Part shown: positions 1 through 12,422 of the stretch, one piece after another
How the letters are laid out: every line of letters starts with the position of its first letter
How positions within the stretch are numbered: position 1 is the first letter of the stretch
Notes under the pieces: model-generated
Told to the model about the DNA's origin: nothing
What the model saw: the letters and a program-made list of their open reading frames with translations, nothing else
The model's database searches: none
Made by a program: the position numbers and the translations under genes
Origin: Chiloscyllium plagiosum
Lineage: Eukaryota
Direction: 5' to 3'
Length of the DNA: 64,000 bases
Assembly: GCF_004010195.1 (NCBI RefSeq)
Contig: NC_057718.1
Coordinates: forward strand, 87,044,139-87,108,138

Positions 1-785
1 AAATGTTCTAATCACTAAATTTAGTGGTGATTTAATTGGCAGCCCTCGCAATAATACAAGATATTGAATGTGCTACATTTCTGCACATTGGTGAGTCATT
101 GTGTTTGTCAAAGTAGAATAACTTATACTTACCTTCCTTGTTCTCCCTGTGACCATGGTGAAAAAGTACCCTTGTTTTTTCTATTTATAAAACTAAACAA
201 CTGTCATTGTCTCTGATTGGTAGAAAAAAACTCGATGTTCATAATTAAGAAGCAGGGTCTACTCTCCACTCCTCCACCTCTGGTCTCATGTAATATCCCT
301 CCCTTTGTCGCAATTATGCTTTCAGCCACCTGGGTTCTACACACTGAAAGTTCTTCTGTATACTTTGCATGCTGCACATGTCCATCTCTCTTGAAAACCT
401 ATTACTTTCACCACTCCTTAGAAATTATTTTCCTTGGCATGTTGTTTAATGTTGACTCTACCCCTGCAAAATCCCTTGAGATATTGGTCTATGTCAAAGA
501 AGCTCCTTTAAAGCAAATTGCATTTGAGGAAACAGCATTAAAACCTAGCTAATTAGTATTTTTAGATAGTCGCTTGACTACACTTTAAATTAAAACACTT
601 TTTTTTCACTTCCTAAAAATATACATAATTGCATTAATGAAAGTGTAAATAACAGAATATAGGAAGTAGGGGCTCACCTCCAAAGAACACAAGACAAAAA
701 TAATCACATCACAAGTTAAAAAAGGAACAAGAAAGTTGAAAACTATTAAACATAACATAAGATGAAAAGAAAACAACTTACATTT

Positions 786-1233
786 ATAGAGTCACACAGC
801 ATGAAAACAGACCCTTCGGCCCAACTTGTCTGCACCAACCAGACATCCTAATCTGACCTAGTCCTATTTGCCAGCATTTGGCCCAAATCCCTCTAAACCC
901 TTCCTATTCATATATCCATCCAAATACCTTTTAAGTGTTGTAATTGTACCCACCTCCATCACTTCCTCTAGTAGCTTGTTCCATTCACGTGCCATCCTCT
1001 GCGAGAAAAAGTTATCCCTCAGGTCCTTTTTAAATCTTTCCCCTCTCACCTTAAACCTATGACCTCTAGTTTTGGACTCACCCACCCGAGGAAAAAGACC
1101 TTGGCTATTCATCCTATTCATGCCCCTTATGATTTTATAAACCTCTATAAGGTCACCTTTCAGCTTCTGACACTCCAGAAAAAAAAGGGCTCAGCCCATT
1201 CAGCCTCTCCTTATAGCTGAAACCCTCCAGTCC
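786..1233 (-). mobile_element. CR1-clade LINE 3' end (ORF2 C-terminus + 3'UTR)
   Basis: ORF 864-1121 encodes LFPRVGESKTRGHRFKVRGERFKKDLRDNFFSQR, a typical CR1 ORF2 C-terminus. Confidence 0.9.
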
Positions 1234-1239
1234 TGTTGC

Positions 1240-1590
1240 GCCTTTCACAATCCCAGCATGTCCCAAAATACTCCACAGTCATCAAATTACTTTTAAAGTG
1301 TGGCCACGAGTGCAATGTAGGACATGCAAGGGACACTTTTCACATTGCAAGATCACAAAAAAAAGCTTTGTGACAATGACTGGTGAATCTTTCAGTGGCG
1401 TTGTTTTAGGGAAAAATGGGGAGAACTACCCTGCTTTTGCATCCACCTAAGAAAACAAATGGGGCCTCAGCTGAACATATCATCCAAAGTTTAGTACTTC
1501 CAACAGCCCCCTTGTCCTGTTCTAGATGCCATCCTTGAGTGGATTCACATCTTTTACTAAGAGGTGAGAGTGCTACCAACTGAACCACAA
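1240..1590 (-). mobile_element. Old tRNA-head SINE, probably Deu-domain (SacSINE1-like)
   Basis: Minus strand begins GTGGTTCAGTTGGTAGCACTCTC (A-box-like); related decayed pieces near 9960-10100, 51420-51500 and 61450-61620. Confidence 0.55.
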
Positions 1591-1795
1591 TTGAAATGCA
1601 GTAACATAATTAATATTTGTCATTATTATTGCTAGATTTGACTACCAAGACTGAGGCTGTACTTCCAGCAATGAGATTGCTAAATAGCATAGGCCTCTGT
1701 GAATTCACCTGAGTTATTTGGCATTTGCTGCTGAACATCAAGCTTATTGATGCCGAGTTCTGGTAACACTAAGGTCTGTAATTGTGTATTAACAG

Positions 1796-1882
1796 CATGA
1801 GTAATACAGGAAAAAAAGAACTGGGGGAGTTCACAGTTTTGCACGCTCTGACAGGCTGGCATCCCGAGATCATCCCACTCCG
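1796..1882 (+). CDS. ADGB: Androglobin coding exon (calpain-like domain; MSNTGKKELGEFTVLHALTGWHPEIIPLR), phase 2-2
   Basis: aacag|C...CG|gtaagc; peptide matches remembered human ADGB RRELGEFTVIHALTGWLPEVISL; the split codon CG+A joins the next exon in frame. Confidence 0.93.
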
Positions 1883-2329
1883 GTAAGCAATTGTGGGAAA
1901 ATTAATTTGCATGTCCCAGGTTAAATCAATAAGTTACTGTATTTATTAACTTGAATATTGGAAATAAGGTAGATGCTAGATTTTAAATGGACTTGTGTAA
2001 ACTATTGTGTGGCAAAATAACTGTTATACCACTATAATCTAGAATTTGTGATTGAATACTCCCAAAGCACACATCAAATGGCAAATGTGATCAAGAGAGA
2101 TCTCATGGAATTTTCAGCAACTCCCTCAAGTGTTAATAAGATGGGTCATCAAATTTTAAAAGCTTCACAAGGAATCACAGTTCTTCACCCTTGCCAATAT
2201 GGCCTTGAAACTCCCTCTCAAAAGTCTTTCCATCATGGACTACCTCAATGACTGCTCTAATTTTGGCCGCCCTCCTTTCCTGAGTCTATATTCTCTTGCA
2301 TTCCAGAAACTGCTGTCCAGCACTCAATC

Positions 2330-2572
2330 TGGAATTAAGAGTCCAATGATGACCATGAATACATTATCAATTGTCAGGAAAACCCCATCTGGTTCACTAA
2401 TGCCCTTTAGGGAAAGAAACTGTCATCCTCACCTAGTCTGGCCCACATGTGACTCCAAACCCACAGCAAATGTGGTTAATTCTTTAACTGTCCTCTGGGT
2501 AATTAGGATGGGTAATAAATGCTGGCCTTGCTAGTAATGGCCATGGCCTGTGAATGAATACTAAAAAAAAAA
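2330..2572 (+). mobile_element. SINE body and tail ending in an A-run
   Basis: CCATCTGGTTCACTAATGCCCTTTAGGGAA...AATAAATGCTGGCCT...GAATGAATA + poly(A); recalled as a common chondrichthyan repeat. Confidence 0.6.
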
Positions 2573-3271
2573 CTAAACATAACTCAGCTGTTCATCAAGA
2601 GCTAGCCTCACCAAGCCAGTCCTGCCTATTGATTTTCCCTGAGCTCCAATCTTGCTCAGTTACTGGATTGTTGGGACTTCATTGATAATTTTTTTATTTT
2701 CCTGATGATGATTGATGCCAGGCAAGGTGGCCTGAAGTAACCTTTTTTGTCCCTCCCTCCTAGTTTGAAAAGCAGTGTTACATTTATCAACTTCCAATTG
2801 CTGGCACTATTTTAGAATGTCGGGATTTTGGAAAATCAACATCAGTGCATTGACTGTCTCTGCAGCTACCTCTTTTTGCCCTCCCAGCATGAAGGCTGTA
2901 AGGTTCTGGGAATGTGTTGATTTTTAGCCCATTCCTTAAATTTCTGTAGCATCAGCAGGGAAAACTTATTAATTAGTTTATGTTCCTTGCTATTTTTAGA
3001 CCTTTGGTCACCTTCTATTTCTGCTATGTTATTTGTGAGACTTCTGTTGTGAAGGCAGACACAAGATTCTCACACAATCACATCAGTGTTAAAGTGCAGA
3101 AACTGGCTATTCAACCCATTGTGCCTGCGCCAGTTCATTAAATGAGTATCAGTACCTAGTGCCAATGTTTTTAATCTATATCCTTGCACACTACTTATTT
3201 TTTCCATAAAATCATCTGATGTCTTTTGCATACTTTAATTGAAGCTGCCTCCATCACATTTGCAGACAATG

Positions 3272-4039
3272 GATGTAGGTTTGCTCGCTGAACTGGAAGG
3301 TTCATTTCCAGACTTTTTGTAACCCTACTAGGTAACATCTTCAGTGTGCCTCTGGGTGAAGCACTGTTGATCATTCCTGCTTTCTATTGAAATGTTTGGG
3401 TTTCTTTGGGTTGGTGATGTCATTTGCTATGGTGACAGCATTCATGTGATGATGTCATTTCCTGTTCTTTTTCTCGGGGGTGGTGGACGGGGTCTAACTC
3501 GATGTACTTGTTGATAGAATTCCTTTTGGAATACCATGCTTCTAGGAATTCTCATGCATGTCTCTGTTTGGCTTGTCCTAGGATGGATGTGTTGTCCCAG
3601 TCGAAGTGGTGTCCTTCCTTATCTGTATGTAAGGATACTAGTGAGAGAGGGTCATGTCATGAACATCAACCAGCCACAAAATGACATGACCTTAGGACAA
3701 GCCAAACAGAGACATGCTCGAGAATTCCTAGAAACATGGCATTCCAACTGGAACTCTCAACAAACATATCGAGTTAGAACCCCATTTACCACCTCCTAAG
3801 CAAAAGAATGGGAAATGACATCACCACAGGAAATGATGTCACCATAGCAAATTACATCAACCCAAAGAAACCCAAACATATAAATAGAAAGCAGGAATTA
3901 TCAACAGTGCTTCGTCCGGAGGCCCACTGAAGATATTACCTAGTATGGTGACAAAACATCTGGAAATGAACCTTCCAGCTCAGTAAGCAAACCTACATCC
4001 AGAACCTCAACCTGAGCTACAAATCTTCTCAAAACTCCT
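3272..4039. mobile_element. Penelope-like element 3' ends in head-to-head inverted arrangement with TSD
   Basis: Both arms encode the GIY-YIG C-terminus (QAKQRHAREFLE.WHS); arms are reverse complements; flanked by ATTT(G/C)CAGACAATG. Confidence 0.88.
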
Positions 4040-4114
4040 ATTTCCAGACAATGCCTCCCATATCCTAACTACTTGCTGACTGACAAATCTTTTCCTCACT
4101 TCATCTTTGCTTCT

Positions 4115-4291
4115 TTTGTAGATCAGTTATCTCTCGACGCTTCAGGCTCTCTGCCTTTATTCCTGATGAAGGGCTTTTTGCCCGAAACGTCGATTTTGCT
4201 TGTCCTCGGATGCCGCCTGAATTGCTGTGGTCTTCCAGCACCACTGATCCAGAATCTGGTTTCCAGCATCTGCAGTCATTGTTTTTACCTC
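4115..4291 (+). mobile_element. Penelope-type 3' tail fragment with hammerhead motif
   Basis: TTC-CTGATGA-A-GGGC-TTTTT-GCCC-GAAAC-GTC at 4160-4191, followed by the recurrent GATGCyGCCTGA...CCAGCATCTGCAGTC tail. Confidence 0.8.
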
Positions 4292-4379
4292 ATTAAATCT
4301 ATACCTGCTAGTTCTTGTTCCTTTATACAACTGGGGCCAGTTTTTCCATGTCACCTCTTTTCAGTCCGCTCAGGGGTTT

Positions 4380-6400
4380 GAAACCCTTTATCAAATCTCT
4401 TCTTAGTCATTTTGTCTCAAAGGAGAACAGTCCCAACTTCTTCAATCTGTCTTCATAACTGAGGTTTCTCATCCCTGGAACCATTCTTATAAACCACTTC
4501 TGCACTTCCTCCAATGTATTCATATCCTTCCTATAATGTGGCACCCAGAACTGTTCACAATACTCTACCTGAGTTTTCTAAACATGACTAGTAAACCAGG
4601 GATGGATCTCTCTTGCTATTTTTTTCATGGAACCTATTTGTATTGAAAATTTTGAACCATTTCTTTAAATGTTTCCCACTGTTTAGTTAATGCCAAACAT
4701 TTTAATCTATTTACACAAACAATCTTAGACAGCTTCCCTCCTTCATAATCACGCTTTGGCTTTACTTAAGTTTGGGATTCTTGTTTTGGACTTGAGAATG
4801 TTGCTCTCAAACTTGACAAGGAAGTCTGTTGTATAATGTTTACGCTTATTGAGCTGATATTTTACTGTGAGATTACTAATTAAGTCTGCCTCATTATCCA
4901 ATACTCTATGTAAAATAGCTTTGAGCTAGTTGGCTTAACACATTCAGTTCCAGCAAACTGTTACGAACACAGTCTACAAGCACAAGTTCCAGACTACCTT
5001 TGTCAATTTGATTTTGTTTGTTGATGTGAAGGTTGAAGTCTCCCATGTTTATTACATTGTCTTTATTAAAATCTCCAATATTGTTTTGCTTGGTATTCTG
5101 CCTAACAGAAAACTTCTATTAGAAGCATTATGGAAATATAGAAAATAGGGGCAGAAGTAGGATATTTAGTCCTGGTCTTCCAGTCAGTGTGGTTATGACT
5201 GATCAGTCAATTCAGTGTAATGTTTTTGCTTTCTTCCCATACCCTTTGATTCGTTTAGTCCTAAGAACTATATCTAACTCCTTCTTATAAACATTAAATG
5301 TTTTGGCCTCAACCACTTCCCTCAGACACCTGGTTGAAGAAATGTCTCCTTCTTTCAGTCCTAAATGGTCTACCCTGGAACCGTAAGTTATGACCTTGGT
5401 TCTGGATTCCCAATCATTAGAAACATCCTTCCTGTGTTTACCTGTCTAGTCCTGTTAGAATTTTATGGATTTCTATGAGATCATCCTCATTCTTCTAAAC
5501 TCCAGTAAACATAATCCTAACCGATTACAGTCTCTCTTTATATGTCAGTCCTGCCGTCCCAAGAATCAGTCTAGTGATCAGCACTCCCTCTGTTGCCAGA
5601 ACATCCTTCCTCAGATAAATTAAAACCAAAATTACACATGATTCTCCAGGTTTAGTCTCATCAAGGCCCTATGCAATTGCAAGACATTTCTGATCTTGTA
5701 TTCAAATTCTCTCACGAGGAAAGCCAACATACCATTTCCCATCTTCATTGCCTAATGCACCTGCAAGCTTACGTTCAGCAACTGGTGTACAAGGATACCC
5801 ATCCTCCCTTTCACAATCTATCACTATTCAAATAGTAGTCTACCTTTCTGATTTTGTTAACAAAGTGAAAAATCTCACTGTCATTCACATTACGCTTCAT
5901 CTGCCATACATTTGCCCACTCAGTCAACTTGTCCAAATCACACTGAAGTATCTCTGCAATCCACACTCAGTTCACCCTCCCATCTAACTATGTGTCATTT
6001 GCAAACTTGGAAATATTATATTTAGTTCCCTTCTCTAAATTATTAATACTATCAACTAATCCCATCAAACATCTTAAACCCTTCTTTTTCCCAATCTTCA
6101 CACAAACTGATTCTATTTCCTGAGCTTCTGAGCCAAGATCCATACTTACCACTTTTCTTATATTACCTTTTATTATCAGGACCATTCCTCCTTTTCCACC
6201 TTTTTGAAATGTTAGGGAAGCTGGAATATATATTTCTAAACTTCAGTCAACATGGAATCATGTCTCTTTAATGGCAATCAGTTCAACTCATTTATGTATG
6301 TTTGTTTGCAAGTTCATCTATTTTGTTATACCTGTTTGGCACTTTCAAATAAAATTCTTTAATTTTATTTTTATTACCACAATTCTTTACAAGGACTTAT
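4380..6400 (-). mobile_element. Cluster of decayed CR1 LINE fragments
   Basis: Peptide remnants INNLEKGTKYNISKFANDT (RT) and ESVCVKIGKKKG..LMGLV (endonuclease); CR1-type 3'UTR near 5130-5350. Confidence 0.75.
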
Positions 6401-6524
6401 TTGCTTATGCTTGACAACATTTTATACCTTTATACTTTAACAGCTGCACACATCTGCCTGTACACAGTGGTGCTTCTTGATATGTTCCCAAACAGTACAA
6501 TTTACCTTTGACATTTTTTTCCAG

Positions 6525-6706
6525 ATCTGAGCAGTCTGAGAGAATCTGGTCCTTTCTGAAGACACTTCTCCCAGAGTTCACTTTTGCAAATGAGGAACCT
6601 GTTGTGGCCAAAGTGCCTTCAACAGAATCAATACAAAAAATTGGGAAGGAAAATGAAGATATTGTGGAAGTTGTCAGCAGCAAACCAATTGAAAAAGTAA
6701 GCAAAG
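6525..6706 (+). CDS. ADGB: Androglobin coding exon (SEQSERIWSFLKTLLPEFTFANEEP...EKVSK), phase 2-1
   Basis: ttttttccag acceptor, AAG|gtaaag donor; similar to ADGB DKVWELLKEILPEFKL; frame continuous with neighbours. Confidence 0.92.
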
Positions 6707-9091
6707 GTAAAGTCATTGTATTTCTTTTCAAGCTTATAAGTTGCCACTTGAATTAGTCTGCTGATGCATTGTAACATTACCTGTTTCTGAATATGCTTCA
6801 TCTCCTCTTTTGAGATCCTTATTCATGACTTTGTTATCTCAAGTTGCAACTATTGAAATTCTCTCCTGGTTGACCTGTCGCATATTCTGTAAACTTGAAC
6901 TTATCTAAAACTCTGCGGCCTATATCAAGCATATTTGCATCAAGCACCAATTACTTGTCACTTCTGTGCTCGCTGACAGAGATCAGTTCCTAGTGCAGCA
7001 GCATCTTGTTCTCATGTTCAAATCCCCACAACGGGTTGAATTGTATACTGTTTCACCAGCAGGTTTGATGGCAAAGGATCTTCCAAAAAATCCAGCCTTT
7101 TCTTGCCTGCCACTATCTGAAATTTCACGAAAGACAATGGAACGTTGGATGGCTCACCGCTGTTGGTCCTATAGATGCCCTTCACAGAAGACCTCATGCT
7201 ACCCACTTCACTATTTTACCTACAGCAAGTCATTGGCCCAACTACTTTAAGCTGTTATCAGGCAAAGGGGAATGAATAACTCCCTTATGGGCCATGAGAA
7301 GCACATTATGTTCCCAATACCCTATTTGTTCTTTACCATCCTGATAGAACTCTCAAATACATGCCCCCTCTCTCTCTTAGACACCTCCTTCACACTCTTT
7401 CTCAGAGTTCTACCAGTCTGACCCCACCTATATGCCAGGCTTACCTCTCATTGCTCTCAAGGGTCCTCTTTTTCATGTACCACATATGGTCATGGCAGTG
7501 GCTAAGAATCAAACCTGTTGCTGTTGGGACTACAGAGCTGTCAGCCATCTGATTGACCAGCAGCTCTTTAAATCAGGACTCCCCGCCAAGATTCAAATGG
7601 AATTCTTACCTTGAAGAGATTAATGCTATTCCTAGTGATAAACTGCTAATGGGTGACCATCAGGATAGCAGGTGAGCTGTCTACTCCCTGATATTTCAGA
7701 CAAGGGGAATAGGGGAATGGAGATCACAGTGCCCCATGAAATTCAGCCTTATCTATCTTTCTAACCTCGAGCAGCCTTAGATATCCCAGCTTCCATCTCC
7801 TATCAAGATCTCTGCATTCCTCCAATTCTCGTTTCTTCTGCATCCCCAGTTTTTATTGTTTCACATTGGATGCCAGTCTTTCATACTGTATGTGGGTTGT
7901 TGTTAAACATTGTCACATTACATTTCTGTGTAGTGTCTTGGAATGATTTTGTTACATTGAAGCCACTCTATAAATGCAGAAGATTGTTGATATTTGTATA
8001 TTCATAGTTTTATTGTTTGTACTTGTAGTGCTGTGACACACACACACAAACACATGCTCGCATTCACAATGTTCAAATGTAATTGCACCCTTTTTATTCC
8101 TTAGCTCCGGTAAAATTGAACCCTCTGAGATATCCTCTTTCTCCAGCACTACAATGTTCTTTTTAATCAATACCGGCATGAGATCAAATATGTTCTCCTT
8201 AACATTCTTGACCTTATCCTCACCAGTCTGTCTGCCAAAAGATGCATCTGTCTGTGACAGTATCGCCAGGAGGAACGAGTGCATACTCCTTGTCGACTCA
8301 AAGTCCTTTCTTCACATTGAGAATATCTTCCATCGTGTTGTGTAATGCTATCACTCTGTTAAATGACTTCAAACAAATCTAACAACTCAAGGTTGGGCAC
8401 CTATAAGATTCTGTGGGCCATCAGCAGTAGCAGAATAGTACTCAAAAAACAATCTGCAAGAAAAAATAGATGTGATGAGTCTGAAAGGCTTGCTCATGCA
8501 TACCTTATAAGTTTATAAGGATCGGAGTACAATGTTGTATCCCAGAGTGCTACATGTGCAAAGTACCTTAGCTTTACTATTTTCATGAGGTTATTGAATT
8601 TCTTGCTGCACTGCAAAGGAGTCCTGGAACTCAAAGAAGTGGCTATCATGATCACAACCAACTCCGTCCACACCCATACGACTGCATTCTTGGAGGTTCT
8701 CTATTTCCCTTTTGACCCAACTAACTTATCCTAATTGTTCTCGATCTCTGTCAGGAGGGTATGCAGGTTGGTTCCATGAAGTTTGTTGCTAGGTTCTTCA
8801 ATCTGGCTCCAGTCCTTCTCTCTCAAGTTGGACTCCTTCCTCTAGTGCTGCTATTATCCTCATCTATGTAGCAAAGATTTTATATTCACCTCCTGGACCA
8901 GAACTATACCACTCTTGTTTGTCTTTCTTCTAGCCCCATGACTAACAGTCCATTCAGGGCATGTTTTCAGTGTATCTGCAGTCTCATCATGTATCTGTGT
9001 GCACTGTCTTGATTTACAATAAAATGGACAGTTTGGTGAACAGGAATAAAGTATGTATGCACTTTCAGTAACTTGCTAATTTGTTTTCCAG

Positions 9092-9220
9092 AAAAAGCAG
9101 AATCAAAAGATATTGGGAAGAAAAAGAATAAGGAAGCTGAATACAATAAAGATAAAAGCAGAACACTGATTCAACGACCACAGTCTGTCTCTCAAAGTGT
9201 TTCACAAATTCTTACAGAGA
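9092..9220 (+). CDS. ADGB: Androglobin coding exon (EKAESKDIGKKKNKEAEYNKDKSRTLIQRPQSVSQSVSQILTE), phase 1-1
   Basis: ttttccag acceptor, GA|gtaagt donor; similar to ADGB EKADARDIGKKRSKD; 129 bp, open frame. Confidence 0.9.
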
Positions 9221-9597
9221 GTAAGTTATAGACCTGGTGACTGAGCGATGGGTGAGCTCTTCCAATTTTTGCTCTTGATCTGTCAGCTCTGCATTTCCTT
9301 GTTGGGATTACTAGGAGTCACTTTATCAACAACTTTTAATGTAGCAACGCTATCTCCTCCTGTATTAACAGCAGTAGGTGAGAAATTCAACAAAATAACT
9401 GATTAATAAAAATGCTTCACCGCAGGCATTAATTTTGATTTTTTGTTAGAGTGAAAATAGTACCAGTAGATAATAATCTAGGTTCATTTGGCTTTTTGTT
9501 AGTCATTGTATACTTTTATTTCACATGAGTCTATTTGAATTCAATGCTATCTGTTTCTTTAAAAAGTTTGTATACTCGGGCAATGTTTTTATGTTAA

Positions 9598-9723
9598 TAA
9601 AGCAAAGAACTGTAGATGCCAGAGAGCTGAAATTAAAAAAAACAGAAATTGCTGGAGAAACTCAGAAACCAATTCTGAAGAATGGTCACTGGACTCGAAA
9701 CGTTAGCTCTGTTTTCAGCAATT
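9598..9723. mobile_element. Short inverted Penelope-tail remnant with + strand hammerhead-like core
   Basis: Minus tail 9598-9665, then TT-CTGAAGA-ATGGTC-ACTG-GACTC-GAAACGTTA at 9673-9705. Confidence 0.65.
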
Positions 9724-9760
9724 CATGTTTTTGAATGTTTTTATGTTCTCTGTGCTGCAG

Positions 9761-9855
9761 GTCTTCCTCCACCAGTGATGCCACGGATGATGATCTATGC
9801 TACCTACTTCCCACTACAGCTGTCGGAAAGGAAGATTTCTTTACTTGGGCAAATG
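9761..9855 (+). CDS. ADGB: Androglobin coding exon (SLPPPVMPRMMIYATYFPLQLSERKISLLGQM), phase 1-0
   Basis: tgctgcag acceptor, ATG|gtagta donor; similar to ADGB HMVVYATFTPLYLFENKIFSLEKM. Confidence 0.92.
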
Positions 9856-10376
9856 GTAGTATAAGTTGCACGTGCTGTTTTACAAGACGTTTATGTGACT
9901 TCTATTCCTGATTGCTGCTTTGGTAATAAAACTACAGTTCAAGTGATTTAAAAGAAGGAACTTGCAGTCAGTTAACTTTCTTGACCTCACAACATACCAA
10001 AGTCCTTGACAGCCATTTTAATATTTTTGAAGTGTCTTCGCTGTTGTAATGTAGCTAACGTGACAGCCAATTTGGACACCAGAAGCTATCATTATCAGCA
10101 ATGTTAGCAGCCTCTGCTAAGTGCAAAAGACTTGTGAACCTTGTTTTTGTTGCAGTCATTTACTTTTTCTGCTGCTGAATTAATGCCTCATTATCCATCT
10201 GATTGCATGCTTGATATCTTTTGGTCCTAAAGAAGATTCTTAAACATCACAAAAAAAAGGTGTGTTTCAGGCCTGATATTGATAGGATAAATGGATTAAA
10301 GGTAATTCATTAAATAAACTGTGAGAAATATTTAATGAAATAACTGAATATTTAATTCCAAAATACATGTTGTAAT

Positions 10377-10725
10377 GGGTGGCTCAGTAGCTCAGTGTTT
10401 AGCACTGCTGCCTTACAGCACCAGGGCCCCAGGATCAATTCCAGCCTTGGACAGCTATCTGCGTGGAGCTTGCACATTACCCCCATGGCTGCACAGGTTT
10501 CTGACCAGTGCTCTGGTTTCATCCCATAATCCAAAGATGTGCAGATAAAGTGGATTGGCCATGCTAAATTGCCCCATAGTATCCAGGATACTGCAGGTTG
10601 GTTAAATGCAGGGTTACAAGGATAGAATGGGGAACGGGGTCTGGGCACAATGCTTTTCGGAGAGTTTGTGTGGACTCAATGGGCCAAATGGCCTCTTTTT
10701 GCACTGTAGGGATTCTGTGACTCTC
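10377..10725 (+). mobile_element. HE1-like V-SINE (tRNA-derived)
   Basis: tRNA-like head GTAGCTCAGTG..TAGCACTGCTGCC, V-domain GTGGAGCTTGCACATT..CCC, CR1-like tail. Confidence 0.88.
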
Positions 10726-11103
10726 TGGTAATATTATGAAGAATAAAACTAAAAGTTAAGGATTGGGGGTGATTTTTGGACATTTGCAAATAATTAATTA
10801 TAAAATCCTCGTGTAAAATATAGGAATAATCTAACATGCAATATGAAAACAAATTAAAAGAGATTTTATGAATATATTATAAGGAAAATAACTAAGTTAA
10901 ACCATTGGTTCCTTAGAGATAGTTACATGAGAAGTTATCATGGGGAATGAGAAAGTGACAGAAATTTTGTGTCCACTCCTTTTTGCTTGTTTATTGAGAA
11001 AATCATACACATGAATTGTCAAAGTCTGTACCATACATAACCATACCCATTTCATGCTTTGTCTTGTTTCAGTGACTTTATATGGTTCTTCTGCAAATTT
11101 CAG

Positions 11104-11278
11104 GCTGATTCCTCAGAGAAGTTGCGACACTATGGACTTTCTCATGCGCATAGCCACCCAGTAATGGTTACTAGGACTAGGTCGTGTCCCCTCATAAACC
11201 CTCCAGAAACAACACCAGTTCCACGATGGAAGCTCATCCGACCACGAAATCGTGCTCTTCCAATAGCTGATCCAAAAG
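11104..11278 (+). CDS. ADGB: Androglobin coding exon (ADSSEKLRHYGLSHAHSHPVMVTRTRSCPLINPPETTPVPRWKLIRPRNRALPIADPK), phase 0-1
   Basis: tttcag acceptor, AAG|gtattt donor; diagnostic match to ADGB ADSAEKLREYGLSHICSHPVLVTRSRSCPL...PPWKLIR. Confidence 0.96.
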
Positions 11279-12248
11279 GTATTTTTATTTTAAGTTTGAC
11301 AATTGTTATGATCCACAAGAGGATCCTAAAACCAAAACAACTAAATTTAGTGAATGATCCCCAAATAAAGAAATCACTACCAAGGTTTTAAGTTTTGTAA
11401 GTATTGAACCTGAAAAGTGCTAGTCAGTCTCAAATTGCACTGGAAAGGCAAGATATCTCAACTATTTGAACAGTTGGTTAAGCAAGCCATTTTATGCTGC
11501 TTTTATGCAGTGGCTATGCAATGGAATCACAAAAAGCCAGTGCCCAAGTTCAGCAGGGAATAGGGAAGGCAAGTAAAATATTGGCCTTTATTTCAAAGGG
11601 AATGGGGTATAAAAAGTAGAGAGATTTTACTAAAATTCTGTCTTATACAAGCAGGACATTGCTGTCAATCCAAAGCATTGTTCTACCTATAACACAAGTG
11701 AACCATGAATTCCAACGTCAGTGTGATGCCAGCATGCTGTCTGTAGGTTCCAGCAATTGGCTGATGAACTCAAAAAGCATGTTACTTATGTAGTGTGCTA
11801 TAAACAGAGGAGCACAGTGGTAGTACCCCTATATCTAAGTCAGAAGACCTGGACTCGAGTCCCACAAGCTCCAGAAATGTGTAATAACCTCTCTGACCAG
11901 GTTGATTAGAAAATATCTACAGGCTGTACTCAATTAGTCCCATTTGCAAAACCCAAAACCCAAAACAAAATGTCTGCTTTTAGATGTAATCCCATGACTG
12001 TGCAGCACTTGCTGAACAACCTGATTATGCTAATACAAGCAACTAATTTAATAGCATCACTTGAGCTCACAATATGGCTCACTGGAAGTATCAGACATTC
12101 ATGTACAGGGACCCATTTTTCTGAAAACAAAAGACTGTTAAAGCCTTGGCTTGGAGAAGCAATAGTACCCTATCACCATCATTATGGCAAGGCCTTGGCC
12201 AATCAATCAACTTAACAACCAGTCAGCAGCCTTTTATCCTGAAGTATA

Positions 12249-12422
12249 CAGAAGAACCTCGACTATCCGAAGGACATAGGTGGACAGTATTTCGTCCGGT
12301 TATTCGAATTCCGGATAATGGAATGCCAGATAACATAGTTTAGCCAAGCATCGGGACCTTGTGATCTTGCCAGATAATTCAAAATTCGGATAATCGAATG
12401 CCAGATAATCAAGGTTCCTCTG
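12249..12422. mobile_element. Tc1/mariner-superfamily (Tigger/pogo-like) MITE
   Basis: TIRs CAGAAGAACCTCGACTATC / GATAATCAAGGTTCCTCTG flanked by TA on both sides; decayed relative at about 34377-34515. Confidence 0.8.

Noticed and set aside
1..96. Strong donor-like TTG|gtgagt at 91 as the preceding ADGB exon
   Set aside because: No frame resembles the expected upstream ADGB peptide (…WPMLLSKA.IKLA…), and there is no convincing acceptor
6697..6702. Alternative donor AAA|gtaagc for the 6525 exon
   Set aside because: Gives phase 0, incompatible with the next exon (phase 1); the donor at 6707 keeps the ADGB-like frame
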